64,000 nt of DNA from Zootoca vivipara (GCF_963506605.1 NC_083292.1:25978001-26042000), one strand, 5' to 3'; positions 25,501 to 37,590 are shown, numbered from the stretch's first letter. The notes: generated from the letters alone by a model not told the origin. Program-made: numbers and translations.

Positions 25501-28500
25501 CCAAAAAGCCCTCGCACATGTGCGAGAGCTCACGACATAAAAAGTAGTGTCCCGATTTTTGTCCCCCTGTAGATTGCTGAATGCTAGTATGACTGGTGAG
25601 GAGATTTCACAGTCCAGTTGCTATTGATGGATGCTGGTGGTTGTGATTTCTCGTTCAGTTGACCCTCACTCTGTTTCTCTCTCCCCCCCCCCAATCTTTG
25701 TTTTGGCTTTGCGTCCACCACAAGGACTTTGGAGTTCCTGATGAAGCATCTAGTTCACATGGCCTCTTTCAGCTCCGAGACCAACATGCATGTACGGAAC
25801 CTGGCCATTGTCTGGGCTCCCAACCTGCTCAGGTGAGACATAGCAGCTTTTATCAAACAAGTTCAGTTCTTGGTGAACCATCATTGACAGCAACTTTGTT
25901 TAAGGCCTGGCGAAGGGGAATTGGACTGAAACAAAGGCAAATTTGGGAAACTAGATTTCTGAACAAGGAGGAAGAAAACTGGCCTGACAATCAGGAGACT
26001 CTTGCTCAACGAACGAGTGTCAGCAAGACCCACAACACCCACTCCCAACCTGTGCACCTCAGCCTCCTTAGGCTTCACCTCCTCTCCCTCTCTTCTCAGG
26101 TCCAAGGACATTGAGTCGTCTGGCTTCAACGGCACAGCGGCCTTCATGGAGGTCCGCATCCAGTCCATTGTGGTGGAGTTTATCCTCACCCACGTGGATC
26201 AGATTTTCAATAATGTCCCTCTCTGTGGTAGGTTTTTATGTGTGACAGACGAATACCATAGAATTATCGAAAAGTGGAGTTGGAACTCCTTGTGGTGCCC
26301 TCCATTGCAATACCCCTCCATACACATTCAGTACACGGGCCTTGAGGGGAGGTGGGGGGGGGCACTTCAGCAGCCCTAATGAGCTTCCCAAAGAGCTTTC
26401 AAAATCTGAAGACCTCCCGAGAGAGGCTCGTTTTGTTGTGGTGACAGCATATGGTTTGTTTGTTTAGTTTCTTTGTTGCATTTATCCCCCAACTTTCTTC
26501 GCAAGGAGCTCAAGCTGTTGTACAAAGTTCTCCTCTCCCTCATTTAATTCCCACAACAATCCTGTGAGGAAGGTTAGGCTGAGAGTCAGTGACTGGTCCA
26601 AGGTCACCCAGTGAGCTTCATGGCCGAGTGGGGAGATTTAAACCCTGATCTCCAAAGTACAGTACAGTGGTACCTCGGAAGTCGAACAGAATCCGTTCCA
26701 GAAGTCCGTTCGACTTCCAAAACATTCGGAAACCAAGGCACACCTTCCTATTGGCTGCAGGAAGCTCCTGCAGCCAATTGGAAGCTGCGGAAGCAGCGTC
26801 GGACATTCAGGTTCCAAAGAACTTTCATAAACCGGAACACTCACTTCCAGGTTTGCGGCGTTCGGGAGCCAAGATGTTTGACTTGCATGGCATTTGGGAT
26901 CCAATGTACGACTGTACTAGTCCAATACTCTTTAACCACTGTACCACACTGTCTCTCCTGCACTAAACTAGCTCTCTGGCTTTATTCCTCTGCTCACTTA
27001 ATTTCCTGATGATGCTGTTTTTCTTCACTACTGCTATAGCCGGGAGCCGGGAATCTCTCAGGAAGTCCCTTCTCCTTGCGGGCTCACCGGTGACCTTTAG
27101 CGACGAGAAATACTCCTTTTCCTGCAATATCCCAGCTGCGCTGAACCAGGGGGATGGCCCACCACAGATGCGACCCTACCACACCATCATCGAGCTCAAC
27201 GACAACAAGTACACACCTCCCTTCCCTCTCTTTCCCCTTCCCATGTTCACTTCTGTATTTGCTTGCTGAGAATTTCCAGATTCTAGTTACAAAGGATGGC
27301 ATCGGATGCCCATTTTGCAAAGCGACTACAACCAGACGGCATTAAGCCCATTTTGCTGGCCGGGCTGCAGAGAAAAAGGCACATCCCTACCTATGTGGTG
27401 GGGTTGCCCCCAGACTGTGCAGTGTTGGTCACAGATATTCCAAACCCCTTCATCCCCCAGCAAACTGCACAGTTGCCCCCAGCCCTGATTATTTTATCTG
27501 GTGCTGTTTTTCTTGCACGAATGAGAATAGTAAATCCCTGCACAGAGATTTGTTGATGCTTATTTTAGCTGCAGACAGACAGGAAACCCCCTTCCCTCTG
27601 CCCTCACTTCTGAGGACTTAGAGAGTCCTAAGGATCCCATTGGAAGTGGCTCCAGACATGATGACTGTCCTGCATGCAAAATTTATAACCTCCATTCCAA
27701 TTCTTCACAGAAGAAAAGGATCCCTTAAGGCAAAGAAATGGAAGTCAATTTTCAACCTCGGCCGATCCAGCCATGATGCCAAACGCAAGTTGAACAAGCC
27801 GGAGGACAAAGGTAAAAGGCTTAACACTAAAGCTCACTGTAACTGTTCAAGCAGACTAAGAGTTAAGTGTGCCACATATGGGTCTTTCTGTCACTATGCC
27901 ATTGATTATTTTTCCCCAACAAAAGCACCGAGTGCTGCATTATAGTGAAGATCAATGGTTCCCACAAAGTTTTGGGCCACTGTACCTTTGGTTCTATACA
28001 CTCACCCCCAGTACCCCCTGTAAAACCGTTGTTCAGAATAGAAGGGCTATAATAACACAACCAAATTCAAAGCAGTAATAATTAATTGCACATTTAATTC
28101 AAAATGCATTTAAAATGTTTAATTAATTCAACAAAATGGATGAACTTGATACAGTGATAGCAGCTTTTCAGAGCCTGATAGTCGTTTAGTGTCCCCCTGC
28201 CACCTCTTTGGGAACCACTTTGGTTGTAGATTCCACCAGAGCTTTATTAAAGAGCTTTATTAAATATATGGGACCATGATATACGAGACAACTTTTTCTC
28301 TAAAGAATTATCTGGATGTTGACTGCTAGAATCTCTGTTAACACAACAATGAAAGACACGAAAAGATTTAAGCTTAACACTATGGTACAGTATAAAAAAC
28401 ATCTCCTGAACATTTATTTGCAGTGTGGTGGGACTTTATATCTTACATTTCATCTGCCAACATGCAAGACTCTTCACAGACATCAATAATATAAATTTGG

Positions 28501-31500
28501 ATTGATGGGAAAGATCAGAAACCAGGAAGATCAAGTATTCTTAAAATATTGGAATAACTTTGTAATATATTTAAAAGACCACTGTAAACAGTTGAAATCA
28601 TTGGCAGGGATACAATGACAATTCTATGAAAGATAAATACCGTACCCACTTTTTGTATGCATCCCTCCTGCAGTTCTTTTGGTTCATTATGTTGATGTTG
28701 CTTCTTTTATTTTGTTGCCTGCAAAAGGAAAAAAATATATACTATTAAAATTCAACTGAAAAAAGGTTTTTTTTTAATGAGGCTCTGATTTGGTTGGCTC
28801 AATCCTGCCTTTCTGTTCCAGATGACAAAATGGGAAAGATGCGTCTACGGCCGGCCAAAAGCATGGATTCCCTCAGCTCCATGCCATGTGCCAGCGATGG
28901 TAGGTGCAGAAATATCTGGGATTGTTTACATTCACTGCTGAGGGGCTGGCTGGCTTTTGCCCCACTTCTATTCATTCTGGAGCATAGAGATGGAGGAGAC
29001 AGAAGGACTCGGGTGTTTCCCCAAATCCTGGAAGGACTTTAATCCTTATAATTTGGATTGCTGGTATTCAAGGGTTTGGCAGATTGCCCTTATTGAAAAG
29101 GCATCTCCTTAAACTAAAAAGTATCTAAAGGGAAAAACTCATTTTTTTGGGACATATGACGTGATTTCTTTAACAAATATTGAGGCACATCGGCATATTC
29201 AAACATATAGCTCATTTAATACTATATAGAACCTTTATTCTCCATAATGATGGATTATACTCTTATTTTCATATATCCTTACTATTTGTAAAGGAAATCT
29301 TTTTATGAGTTAATACTTAATTATCCGCTTGGAGCTGTGCCTTATCTTTGTACTTTTGTCCTTCCAGGCTGTGACCCTTTACAATTTAAGTTTCAGATCC
29401 TTTGCTTTCTTTCTTTATGTTATGTTTGCGCTTTTTTTGGTTGACAAATCAATAAATAATAATAATTTTTTTTAAAAAACCCAGCAGCGTACCTATTCAC
29501 AGTAATCTCATAGCAAATTCATCACAATATTAAGGCTACTGGAAGGCAACCTTGGAAAAGGTTTGGGGCCCAGGCATGGGGCCCTGTCTTTTGGGTCCCT
29601 CTCTGATCCAGCTCTCTTCCTTTGGGTGCAGATGACATTCAGCTGGGGAGGAAGATCTCCCAGAAGCAGCTCACTCTGTGCCGTGAGAGTTTTGATGGCC
29701 CGGCTTCTCTCGATAACAGTTTCCTGCTGTCGGAGTCCGAGGAGTATACGGAGAGGCCCAAGGCTGAAGAAGCACAAGGCGAGTCGGAGGGTGAAACCAC
29801 TGCCAAGTCGGAGCCCACCACCCCGAAAGCCAGCAGGTCCAGCCTTGTCGGGGTGGCCCCTCAAGGGAGATCCCCCAAAACTGGGCGGAACCGCGCGGAG
29901 AAGTGCGCCGGCGTCCACATCTCTGGGCCTTTCTCTGTCACAGTCCCATTCCACATCACTTCCAACCTCAGTTTGTCCCGGCTAACGCGGGGGCTCGAGT
30001 GCCCTGCCCTGAGCCACTGTGCCTTGGAGAAGGACCCTCCTGAGACCTCTGGGGCCAAAGAAGATGAGCCTTCTAAGCAGAAAGAAACTGAGGAGAAGCT
30101 GGTGCCTGTCACAAACAAGGAAGACGCTGGATGTAAGTAAGACAGTCTCCCCAACATTTCTTCCACCTACAAGCTGCCTTGGTGGTATAGACCAGGGGTG
30201 TGGAACTACTTTTGGCTCCATGGGCCAGATCCTTCTCACTGCCCCCCCCCTTCATTTTACCAGGCAGGGGTCTATGCAAGCCCCCTTCCTGAATCCGGAA
30301 AAAAGTATGCATGGAATCCTGCAGGATTGAACCTATGCCCATCAGCTGAAGATCAGCTGTCACAAGTGGTGTCAGCTGATAGGCAGGCGAGTGTGGTTTG
30401 AGCCAAGATGGGCCTGCAGGCTAGAGCTTCTCTACTCCTGGTGGCACTTGGGCCCTGCTGCCAGATCCCCCAGTTTGTGCCCACTGGCGCATTACACAAC
30501 TGCATGAAGAACCATCTTCTCCTGCATGAAACCTGCCCATTCCTTAACATCACCCTTTTGAGGCTCTGCTCCAGGTGCCCCCAGTTTCAGAAGTTAAGCA
30601 GATGACAGCAGGTGAGAGGGACTTTTCAGTGGTGGCACCCTTCTTGACCTGGGAAATGGCCCTACTTACAATTGTTAGGTATTCCCAAAATAGTACAGAT
30701 GAACACCTGAAATGTGATGTATTTAATCAACTAGAGGAATCTTAGCTGATTACCTATATGAATCTTCATTGATTCATCAAATAAATCTGCAAAAATGGGT
30801 ATATAAGAAATAGAATGGATTGTATTCAACTAAGCTCTACACATAATAATGGGCAAATGTTAACCATGCCCACTAATTGCTACTTTGAATATGACTAGCA
30901 TGGGATGCAACCCAATAGTTCTAACTTACTAACTTACTCAGACCAACACGGCTACCTACCTGTTACTAACTTACTTTACTTTTAAGTGATGCAAACTAAG
31001 GTCAGAGCAAGTATCCCCCTTTTCTCTCACAGGGGAGGGAGGTGCTGTTGTTGTTGTTTTGCTAAGATTGCACTCGCCATCTGCAGTTTTCCTAAGTACT
31101 TGCATTACAAAGAACTTGGGGCTCACCAAGGAGCTAGTCCCTGTCATGGAGAACTGACTTGCTCTTTGCTTCTTCTTCTTTTGCTTCCTCTTATTGAAAC
31201 AGATGCAAAGGCAGGAGGCCTGTCTGATTCGGAAGAGAACCAGATGTCTTTGGAGGTCCAGGACTCCTTCTCTTTCCTGGACAGCCAAGATGCCTGGCTG
31301 GGTGAAAGCATGGATGGAGACCAGCCCCGGAAGAGCACCAGCATAGTGCCTGATTTTGCAGGCAGTGGTGTGGACAGTTCTCCACTCACGGAGGACGACA
31401 TGAGCAGTGGGTTCATGAATGAGATGATAGGAGGAGGGATGCAGGTGAGGTCCATTTACCTAGTTAAAAAAAGGCAGGTGCTCTTCCACCCCATCCTTGA

Positions 31501-32471
31501 GTCTCTGTCCTAGCAGGAGCTGCACATCAGCTCCTACCTGACCATTTTGGCAATTCCAAGGTGGGAAGGGAGGGAAGAAAGGAGTCCTTTGGAGCTAGAA
31601 TCTCCTACAATCTCCATTGTTTATTGTTCTGTATTGTATCGTTCTTATTAGTATTTTAATTCATGCAGAGTTTCTTAATTGAGTTGATACAGCAACCGAG
31701 AAATTTCATTGTTCCCGCAAGGGGACAATGACAATAAAGATTTATTCTATAAGCAGATACACACAACAATGCATAGAGCTCTGTGGGGGGCGGGGATCCA
31801 TTAACATAAAATTATGCTGCAGAAATAAAGTGCAGCATGGGGATTGACCCTTTTATGCATATTAAATGTGTGTTTTTGGCATATAATCTTGTATATAATT
31901 GGATAGGGCTCTTTTTAAAAGGCAATGCACAAGTGTGTTAAAAGACATTAAGTGAGTGCTCAGTAGCAGAGGTGATCCAAAGTGAGCAAAGCCCAGGACA
32001 GATAAAACCAGGCATCCCCAAACTTCGGCCCTCCAGATGTTTTGGACTACAATTCCCATCATCCCTGACCACGGGTCCTCTTAGCTAGGGATCATGGGAG
32101 TTGTAGGCCAAAACATCTGGAGGGCCGCAGTTTGGGGATGCCTGGATAAAACAAAGGACTTCTTCAGGCAGTGCATAAACTATGGAACTCCCTCCCGCAG
32201 GAGGCAGTGATGGCCACCAACTTGGATGGCTTGGAAAGAGGATTGGACAAAATTCATGGCTATGCTTTGCTTCCAGGGTCAGAGGCAGCAACCCTTCTGA
32301 ATACCAGTTTCTGGAGGCCACAGGAGGGGAGAGGGTTCTTATGCCTGGGTCCTGCTCAGAGGCTTCACAGTGAGACCTCGAGTTGGCCGCTGTGAGAATA
32401 GGGTGATGGGCTAAGTGGACCATTAGTATGACCCAGAAGGGCTCTCCTTAAACGGGTTGGAACTGCCTATC

Positions 32472-32526
<55 letters not shown>

Positions 32527-35362
32527 CATTCATCTAATAAAATTTATATATCACTTGATAGTAGAAAAAAAACCTCAAAGCAGTTTACAAAGAAGATAAA
32601 AACAATGAAATTACAACTAAAAATTTACAACTGTAATTTAAAACATACAGAAAATTAAAGCCACAGTAGAATAAACTAAAACACATTAAAACTCATACAA
32701 ATTCCATCCATAAATTCCCTTAAAACCCAATAGTTGGATTTGGGCACATGGCGTGTTTTAAATAAGTTTTTATTTTACTTTTTAATTGTATTGGTTTTGG
32801 GTTTTGCTGCCCTGGGCTTTTTTTGGAAGGGAGGACAGGAGAGAAATGTAATGAATAAAGAAACAGGCAGTTTCTTATGCTCCTTTCAGCCCCAGGCCTG
32901 GGGCTGATGGAAGTTGTAGTTCAAAGAGCCTTGCTGTCTGGTGCCTAAACCTATGGAGAAAGGGAGGTTGTTCTGTGTGTTTGCTATATTCATTATTTTT
33001 AAAAGGGTAACTGAGTAAACGAAAGCAAGAAAGATGAGTGTGTTTGAACCAAAGAGGAGCCTTATTTAAAACTCTTTTCTTTCTCTACCTCCAGCTGGAG
33101 ATGTTTCCAGCTGTTTCAGCACTAGATTACCTGTCCATTGAGGAGTGTATGAACGAGCACTCGGAAGAGGAAGATGACCAATATTATCTGGCTGTGGGAT
33201 GTTCAGATGGCGAAGAGGTTTCTAAGGAGGTTGACAGTGAAGAGGTCTACTTGAGTGCTTTTGATGACCTCAGCCCCTTAGCTGGCAAATTACAGCATTT
33301 CCAGCAGCCAGATGAAGACCAGGCTCTTGATGACACCCATCTCCCAAGGAGCACGTTGGACGATCAGCCCTTCAGTCTGGCCGGACAGCCCTCACCTGAA
33401 GACCCAGACAGCTCCCATCTCTTTGAGGTTGGCAGGGAGCCTCTCTTGGATGGCCCTCCAGTTCACAACTTCAGGTTAGATGATTCCCAGCTGGATCCAG
33501 ATTCAGCCAATCCATCTGAAGAAGAGTTGCAGGCCTTCCCAGATTCTGCTACTGATTTCAGTCAGTTGGAAACACTCATGAAGGCTGAATCTGAGACCAC
33601 CCAGGTAGATCCAGGCTTGGCAGCGTTGCAGATGGAAAGCATAAACACCAGAGGTGAAGATGACCTGCTTCTAGGAACAGGGTGCTTGATGCATCCCAAA
33701 TGCCCCGATGGAGTTCCAGAAAACCCTGTGCAAAGATCTTCGGTTCAAGAGAATCAAAACCATGCAGCCCAACCGAGCCTTGAAAATGAGCAGGAACGAC
33801 ACAATGCATTAGGTATTGAGCAGGTTGCTAGATCTCCTTGCATCCCCAGCATAGCGGCTGATGGATCTACCGTGGAGGTAGATGGATTGTCTGACTGGCA
33901 CCCAGACTATGAGTTCCCATTTCAAGAGGCAGAGCAGCTACAGAGGGGAGAGACTGCTCTTCATCCTCAGGCAGCAGCAGCTCTTTCACCCCTGGATGTC
34001 TCCACTTTGCACAGAGCTCCACTTTCCTCTTTGCTGGACAATTGCTCTGAAAACGCTTCTTCCGAGATGTCTCCAATGCTTGCGTTGAGTCTTGAGCCAG
34101 GTGCTCCACCTGAGAGATCCCCTCCTGATGGCTCCTCGCCTGACAATTGCAATGGGTCTGAAGCCTCGTCGCTTGGGGCCCCTTCTCTGCAGGGCTGCCC
34201 AGAAAGTCCTCCACAGACACCACCGCATTCAATGCCAGCGAAAGCCTACGATGCCCTCAAGCACGACCTCTCTGACGGAAGCGTCTCCATGAGGTTGACC
34301 TCGCATGCCATCAGAGTGCAGCAGGCGAAATCTTTCCCGGTCGTGCCTCCGAAACCCCAGTTTGCCAAGATCCCTCCGTCCTTAATGCCAATATCTCCGA
34401 CCAAGGAAGCCTCCCTCATGTGGTGTAGCCCACCTGTCCCAGAAAAGAACTGTAGAAACGGGATAAAAGAGGGGACCAACGAAGGCTCTCTGCGCAGGCC
34501 CCTTCGCCCAGCCAGCCTGGACATACATTGCAACACCCCCGATAGCATGGAAAATGTAAAAACTCCCCCAGCTTCTTCCAAGCTACCCACCTCTCCAGGT
34601 ATCTGTCTTGGCGATTCAGGGGCCCTGCGAAAGCAGCGGAATTCCATGCCTGTGAGTTTAGAGAAATATGACAGAGATTATGAGAGCAGAGGAGGAGACA
34701 CAGTCCCAAAGCTACTGCACTCCCCACTGGACAAATACAGCCTTTGGCCCAAGAGCAGTGATGACCTCCCTAATACAAAGTGCTCTCTGCTAGAAAGTTT
34801 GGATAAACACAGCAGCAGCACTACCACCACCAAGGGTGAAGAAGGGAAGGGTGAGCCCTGCCAAAAGCAACTTCCGGTGCCTCTATTGCTCAGCGAGGCT
34901 GGTGGGGCTGCCCTCCAGAAGCAGAGATGGGCCAGCTGGCGCAACGGGAACAGCATGTCGTTTGACGAGGCCGTCGCTCTTGCCAAGGAGAGGCACGTGG
35001 GCCAGTCCCCGGTGAGGAGGATGCAGACCTACTGTTTTGGCGACATGGAGGGGCTGCATGGCCCTCCCAGAACAGAGAGGCCTCCCCCGAACCCCAAGCC
35101 CGCCCTGAAGCCTCTGGGGCAGCGGCCCCTGAGACCCCCGGCCTGCGCAGGCACAGCCGCAGATGCCCTTGTCCCGGGGAAGCCGCTTCTTGCTCCAGCG
35201 TTGCCTGACATCATCCCAGAAGGCCAACTCTCTCCAAACCTGGAAGCTCTGTCCCTTCCTCAGGATCTCCCGCCAAGGAGAAGACTGAGCTTGACGAAAG
35301 CAGGGCGGCGTGCGTCCAACTCGGAAGAGGTGCTTTTAGCAGCACAGCAGGAGCGGAGGTGA
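12137..35362 (+). CDS. ARHGAP30: Rho GTPase-activating protein 30, complete 12-exon CDS
   Basis: join(12137/12149-12245, 23865-23967, 24447-24588, 25405-25487, 25725-25832, 26100-26227, 27040-27208, 27711-27811, 28822-28899, 29632-30132, 31203-31444, 33095-35362); 4020 nt from ATG 12149, in frame; RhoGAP domain with GIYRLSG arginine finger; family motifs GDGPPQMRPYHTII, LRPAKSMDSLS, EVQDSFSFL, PVVPPKPQFAK. Confidence 0.95.
14161..14526 (-). mobile_element. BovB (RTE) LINE 3' fragment
   Basis: Encodes ...LRLQYFGHFMRREESLEKTLMLGKIEGTRRRGRQRTRWLD...VHGVTKSRTRLND; (CAA)n tail. Confidence 0.92.
14616..14774. mobile_element. Tc1/mariner-type MITE (related copies near 16593-16728 and 46010-46102)
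   Basis: TA|ccgtattttt...aaaagtacgg|TA. Confidence 0.7.
14806..15133 (-). mobile_element. Sauria-type SINE
   Basis: Family shared with 40703 and 51874 copies; 11-bp TSD attgtggaata. Confidence 0.85.
15429..15975 (-). mobile_element. L1/Tx1-like LINE 3' fragment nested in a TIR element (15393-16264)
   Basis: Minus strand reads LFMYATTAAQMLLAQRWK..EEWQIKLLDYAEMAK; imperfect 15-bp TSD; host TIRs gggtttatccacactta / taagtgtggataagccc. Confidence 0.7.
16788..17140 (-). mobile_element. L2-type LINE 3' end with (TTA)n tail
   Basis: Same family as 57478-57843; LRSSTVGLLAVPSLREAKLQGTRQRA. Confidence 0.75.
17953..18251. mobile_element. Non-autonomous hAT element
   Basis: TIR cagggccgtct / agacggctctg; TSD attgcatt. 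Confidence 0.8.
18733..18868. mobile_element. 136-bp palindromic hAT MITE
   Basis: Same family; TSD imperfect. Confidence 0.8.
22400..22548 (+). mobile_element. L2-type LINE short 3' end with (TTA)n tail
   Basis: ggaagctgcccagagtggctggggg...gggtataaataa(tta)n. Confidence 0.7.
23109..23393. mobile_element. Tc1/mariner (Tigger-like) MITE
   Basis: TA|cagtggtacctcgc...gcaaggctccactg|TA; internally palindromic. Confidence 0.8.
23865..23967 (+). CDS. ARHGAP30: ARHGAP30 exon 2
   Basis: VPQVLKSCTEFVEKHGIVDGIYRLSGGSSNIQKLR; ccag|...AG|gtaa. Confidence 0.95.
24447..24588 (+). CDS. ARHGAP30: ARHGAP30 exon 3
   Basis: LEFDNDRGSPDLNLYLQDIHCVSSLCKAYFRELPNPLLTYQLYDKFA; ag/gt sites. Confidence 0.95.
25405..25487 (+). 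CDS. ARHGAP30: ARHGAP30 exon 4
   Basis: DAVAIQMEEGRLEKIKDVLKELPAPHYR; ag/gt sites. Confidence 0.93.
25725..25832 (+). CDS. ARHGAP30: ARHGAP30 exon 5
   Basis: TLEFLMKHLVHMASFSSETNMHVRNLAIVWAPNLLR; aag acceptor, gtgag donor. Confidence 0.95.
26100..26227 (+). CDS. ARHGAP30: ARHGAP30 exon 6
   Basis: SKDIESSGFNGTAAFMEVRIQSIVVEFILTHVDQIFNNVPLC. Confidence 0.95.
26665..26914. mobile_element. Tc1/mariner (Tigger-like) MITE nested in a SINE
   Basis: TA TSD; cagtggtacctcgg...gtacgactg. Confidence 0.75.
27040..27208 (+). CDS. ARHGAP30: ARHGAP30 exon 7
   Basis: GSRESLRK...GDGPPQMRPYHTIIELNDNK; weak donor AA|gtacac, but phase fits exon 8. Confidence 0.88.
27711..27811 (+). CDS. ARHGAP30: ARHGAP30 exon 8
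   Basis: RKGSLKAKKWKSIFNLGRSSHDAKRKLNKPEDK. Confidence 0.93.
28822..28899 (+). CDS. ARHGAP30: ARHGAP30 exon 9
   Basis: DKMGKMRLRPAKSMDSLSSMPCASD. Confidence 0.92.
29632..30132 (+). CDS. ARHGAP30: ARHGAP30 exon 10
   Basis: ...KSEPTTPKASRS...RAEKCAGVHISGPFSVTVPFHITSNLSLSRLTRGLECPAL...; phase 1/1. Confidence 0.92.
31203..31444 (+). CDS. ARHGAP30: ARHGAP30 exon 11
   Basis: ...MSLEVQDSFSFLDS...MNEMIGGGMQ|gtgag. Confidence 0.9.
32009..32144. mobile_element. 136-bp palindromic hAT MITE
   Basis: TSD gataaaac. Confidence 0.88.
32472..32523 (+). repeat. (ATCT)13 microsatellite
   Basis: Read directly from sequence. Confidence 0.95.
33095..35362 (+). CDS. ARHGAP30: ARHGAP30 terminal exon (755 aa)
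   Basis: Long ORF after ccag acceptor; motifs EEVYLSAFDDLSPL, VQQAKSFPVVPPKPQFAKIP, ASWRNGNSMSFDEAVALAK. Confidence 0.93.
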   Translation: MEMFPAVSALDYLSIEECMNEHSEEEDDQYYLAVGCSDGEEVSKEVDSEEVYLSAFDDLSPLAGKLQHFQQPDEDQALDDTHLPRSTLDDQPFSLAGQPSPEDPDSSHLFEVGREPLLDGPPVHNFRLDDSQLDPDSANPSEEELQAFPDSATDFSQLETLMKAESETTQVDPGLAALQMESINTRGEDDLLLGTGCLMHPKCPDGVPENPVQRSSVQENQNHAAQPSLENEQERHNALGIEQVARSPCIPSIAADGSTVEVDGLSDWHPDYEFPFQEAEQLQRGETALHPQAAAALSPLDVSTLHRAPLSSLLDNCSENASSEMSPMLALSLEPGAPPERSPPDGSSPDNCNGSEASSLGAPSLQGCPESPPQTPPHSMPAKAYDALKHDLSDGSVSMRLTSHAIRVQQAKSFPVVPPKPQFAKIPPSLMPISPTKEASLMWCSPPVPEKNCRNGIKEGTNEGSLRRPLRPASLDIHCNTPDSMENVKTPPASSKLPTSPGICLGDSGALRKQRNSMPVSLEKYDRDYESRGGDTVPKLLHSPLDKYSLWPKSSDDLPNTKCSLLESLDKHSSSTTTTKGEEGKGEPCQKQLPVPLLLSEAGGAALQKQRWASWRNGNSMSFDEAVALAKERHVGQSPVRRMQTYCFGDMEGLHGPPRTERPPPNPKPALKPLGQRPLRPPACAGTAADALVPGKPLLAPALPDIIPEGQLSPNLEALSLPQDLPPRRRLSLTKAGRRASNSEEVLLAAQQERR

Positions 35363-37392
35363 TTTGCTTTGGCAGCCGGTTCCCAAATCTGGCCTTCAAC
35401 TGTGCTGCCTGGTGCTGCTGTGACCTTGGACTTCTGCACTGATGTGGCACCTCCCCACCCACCCAATCAGGACACAAAGGACTGAAGAAGAGTCTTGCTG
35501 GAACAAACTAACCTTAGCTAAGAATCATCTCTGCTTCAATCAGAGACCAGCCAGAAGTCCACAAGCAGGGCCTGCGAAAGCAAGAGCTGCAGGAGCCGCA
35601 CCCACGGGTGATACAACCAAGGGCAAGGGCATGTCATGTGGGTGCTACAAATTGGGGTAGCTGCTCAGATTTGAGTCCTGTGCGGTAGGTAGGGTGGTAG
35701 ATAGCGATGTAGAATAAATGCTATTGTGAGTGAGTAGGCTTAAATTGATGCAACGGAAATGAGTAAGAGAAAAGGAAAAAAATACTGCAAATGTACCATT
35801 CTGAAATGTGCGCATCTTCTGTGCAGGCAGGCATCCCCTTAACTATTAACACATATTGGATGGTTGCATATAAAGCTTCCCTTTAATCAGTCATAGCTTC
35901 TCCCAACAAATTATGGGAAACGTAGTTTGTTACAGGTGCTGAAATCTGTTAGGAGGCCTCTATTCCCCTCACAGCAGTACAATTCCCAGAGTACCCTGTG
36001 AGGAGGGAATGCCAGTAAAAGCACTGTAAGAACTCTAGCCGTGGGTGGGAATAGGGGATTCTCCTACCACCCTTAACGTACTATACAGCCCCCTGGATTA
36101 TTTGGGGGAAGCCATGGCTGTTGAAAACTGTATCATGGTGCTTTAAATGTATGGTGTGAATGAGGCCGAAGTTGAACTGTTATATAGCCTACATCCCACT
36201 CGGCTTTTACCCTGAAGGCCTGAATGTACTTATAGACGCAAGAGACAAATTTCTGTTTAGCTCTCTCTTTAAACATGGAAGGATACTGAGCGAGATCACT
36301 GCCTTGAAGGTTGAGGCTGTCATAATATTTTACAAACTTATTTGGAAGGAAGTCCCGCTCAGCAATGTGAGACTTACTTCTAAGTAATATAAAATGCATA
36401 GGATTTTGCACGTAGACATGCACATGGGATCATGTTTGTTACCTAGAGGCTCTCAAACGTCCCAGAAGCAATGGGTGACAGTTACCAAACAAAACAGTGT
36501 TTCTCCACTATGAATTGGAAAATAAATGTCCATGCTGTTTGGTTGGTACTAATGAATATTTGTACGTGGCTGCCATGATGCTGCACTCAAGAATTTGCAG
36601 AACATAATATGGGGGACACAAGCTAGCCCACATGGGCTTTGTGGATGACAGAATATCCTGGATCCTGATACTAGGGGTGGCTTGTTAGTCCAGCCTTTGC
36701 CAACCTGGGGCCCTCCAGATGTTTTGGACTACAGCTCCCATCAGCCCCAGCCAGCAAATGGACACATGGTGGCTGGGGCTGATAGGAACTGTAGTCCAGA
36801 AATATCAGGAGAGCCCCAGATTTGTAATGCCTGTGTTAGTCCCTCTTTCCAGTAGAGAGCCCAAAGGAATACTGTTACATGAACTTTATTCACTGGCTTA
36901 ATATCAGTAACGTTTTATCTCAGAAGTCCAGATGTTTTGCCTCATGATTCTCCCTTTTACACAGGAAAAAAAGCAATGGTATTTAACTCAATGCATTTTC
37001 ATATTCAGATGTCAAGTGCAGGCTATACTCGGTGTGTGTGTATTAAATTCAGAAAGCAGAGCATTTGAAAAACACTTATCGTGTCTGTGAAACTGTTTAT
37101 TGACCCCGCTTAGGAACGGCTTGTTTAAGCGGCCTATTGGGTGACTGAAGTATAAAAAAGATAGGAGGAAATGTATGTGGATAGCCAAATAGTACCAAGA
37201 TTAGCATGCCAGCCAAGAAAAACCTGTCCTGGTTTGTATATGGAGTGTGGAAAAGGGGGCAGATTGGTCACTGGTGTGAGAATGGGGGTGTTACAAGGAC
37301 TGAGTTGTTCCCATTTTCAAATGCTGTAAAGTGTGTGGGGTTTGTCTAATCCTAACTGGTGGCACTTCCTCATAGCAGGTTAGTGTAGACTT

Positions 37393-37590
37393 AGGTCATA
37401 TCCACACCACACCATACATTTAAAGCACAATTAACACACATGGCTTTTCCCAGAAAACTCCTGGGGATTGTAGCTTACCCCTCACAGAACTACAATCCTC
37501 AGCACTCTTAACAAACTACACTTCCCAGGATTCTTTGGGAGAAGCCATATGCTTTAAATGTGCATTAAGTGTATGGTGTGGGTGTGACCT
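37393..37590. mobile_element. Palindromic MITE, possibly Harbinger-like; relatives near 5955-6417, 35850-36165, 38845-39010 and 62000-62255
   Basis: cacaccatacatttaaagc ... gctttaaatg..gtatggtgtg inverted ends with ctacaattcccag-type internal motifs. Confidence 0.55.
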
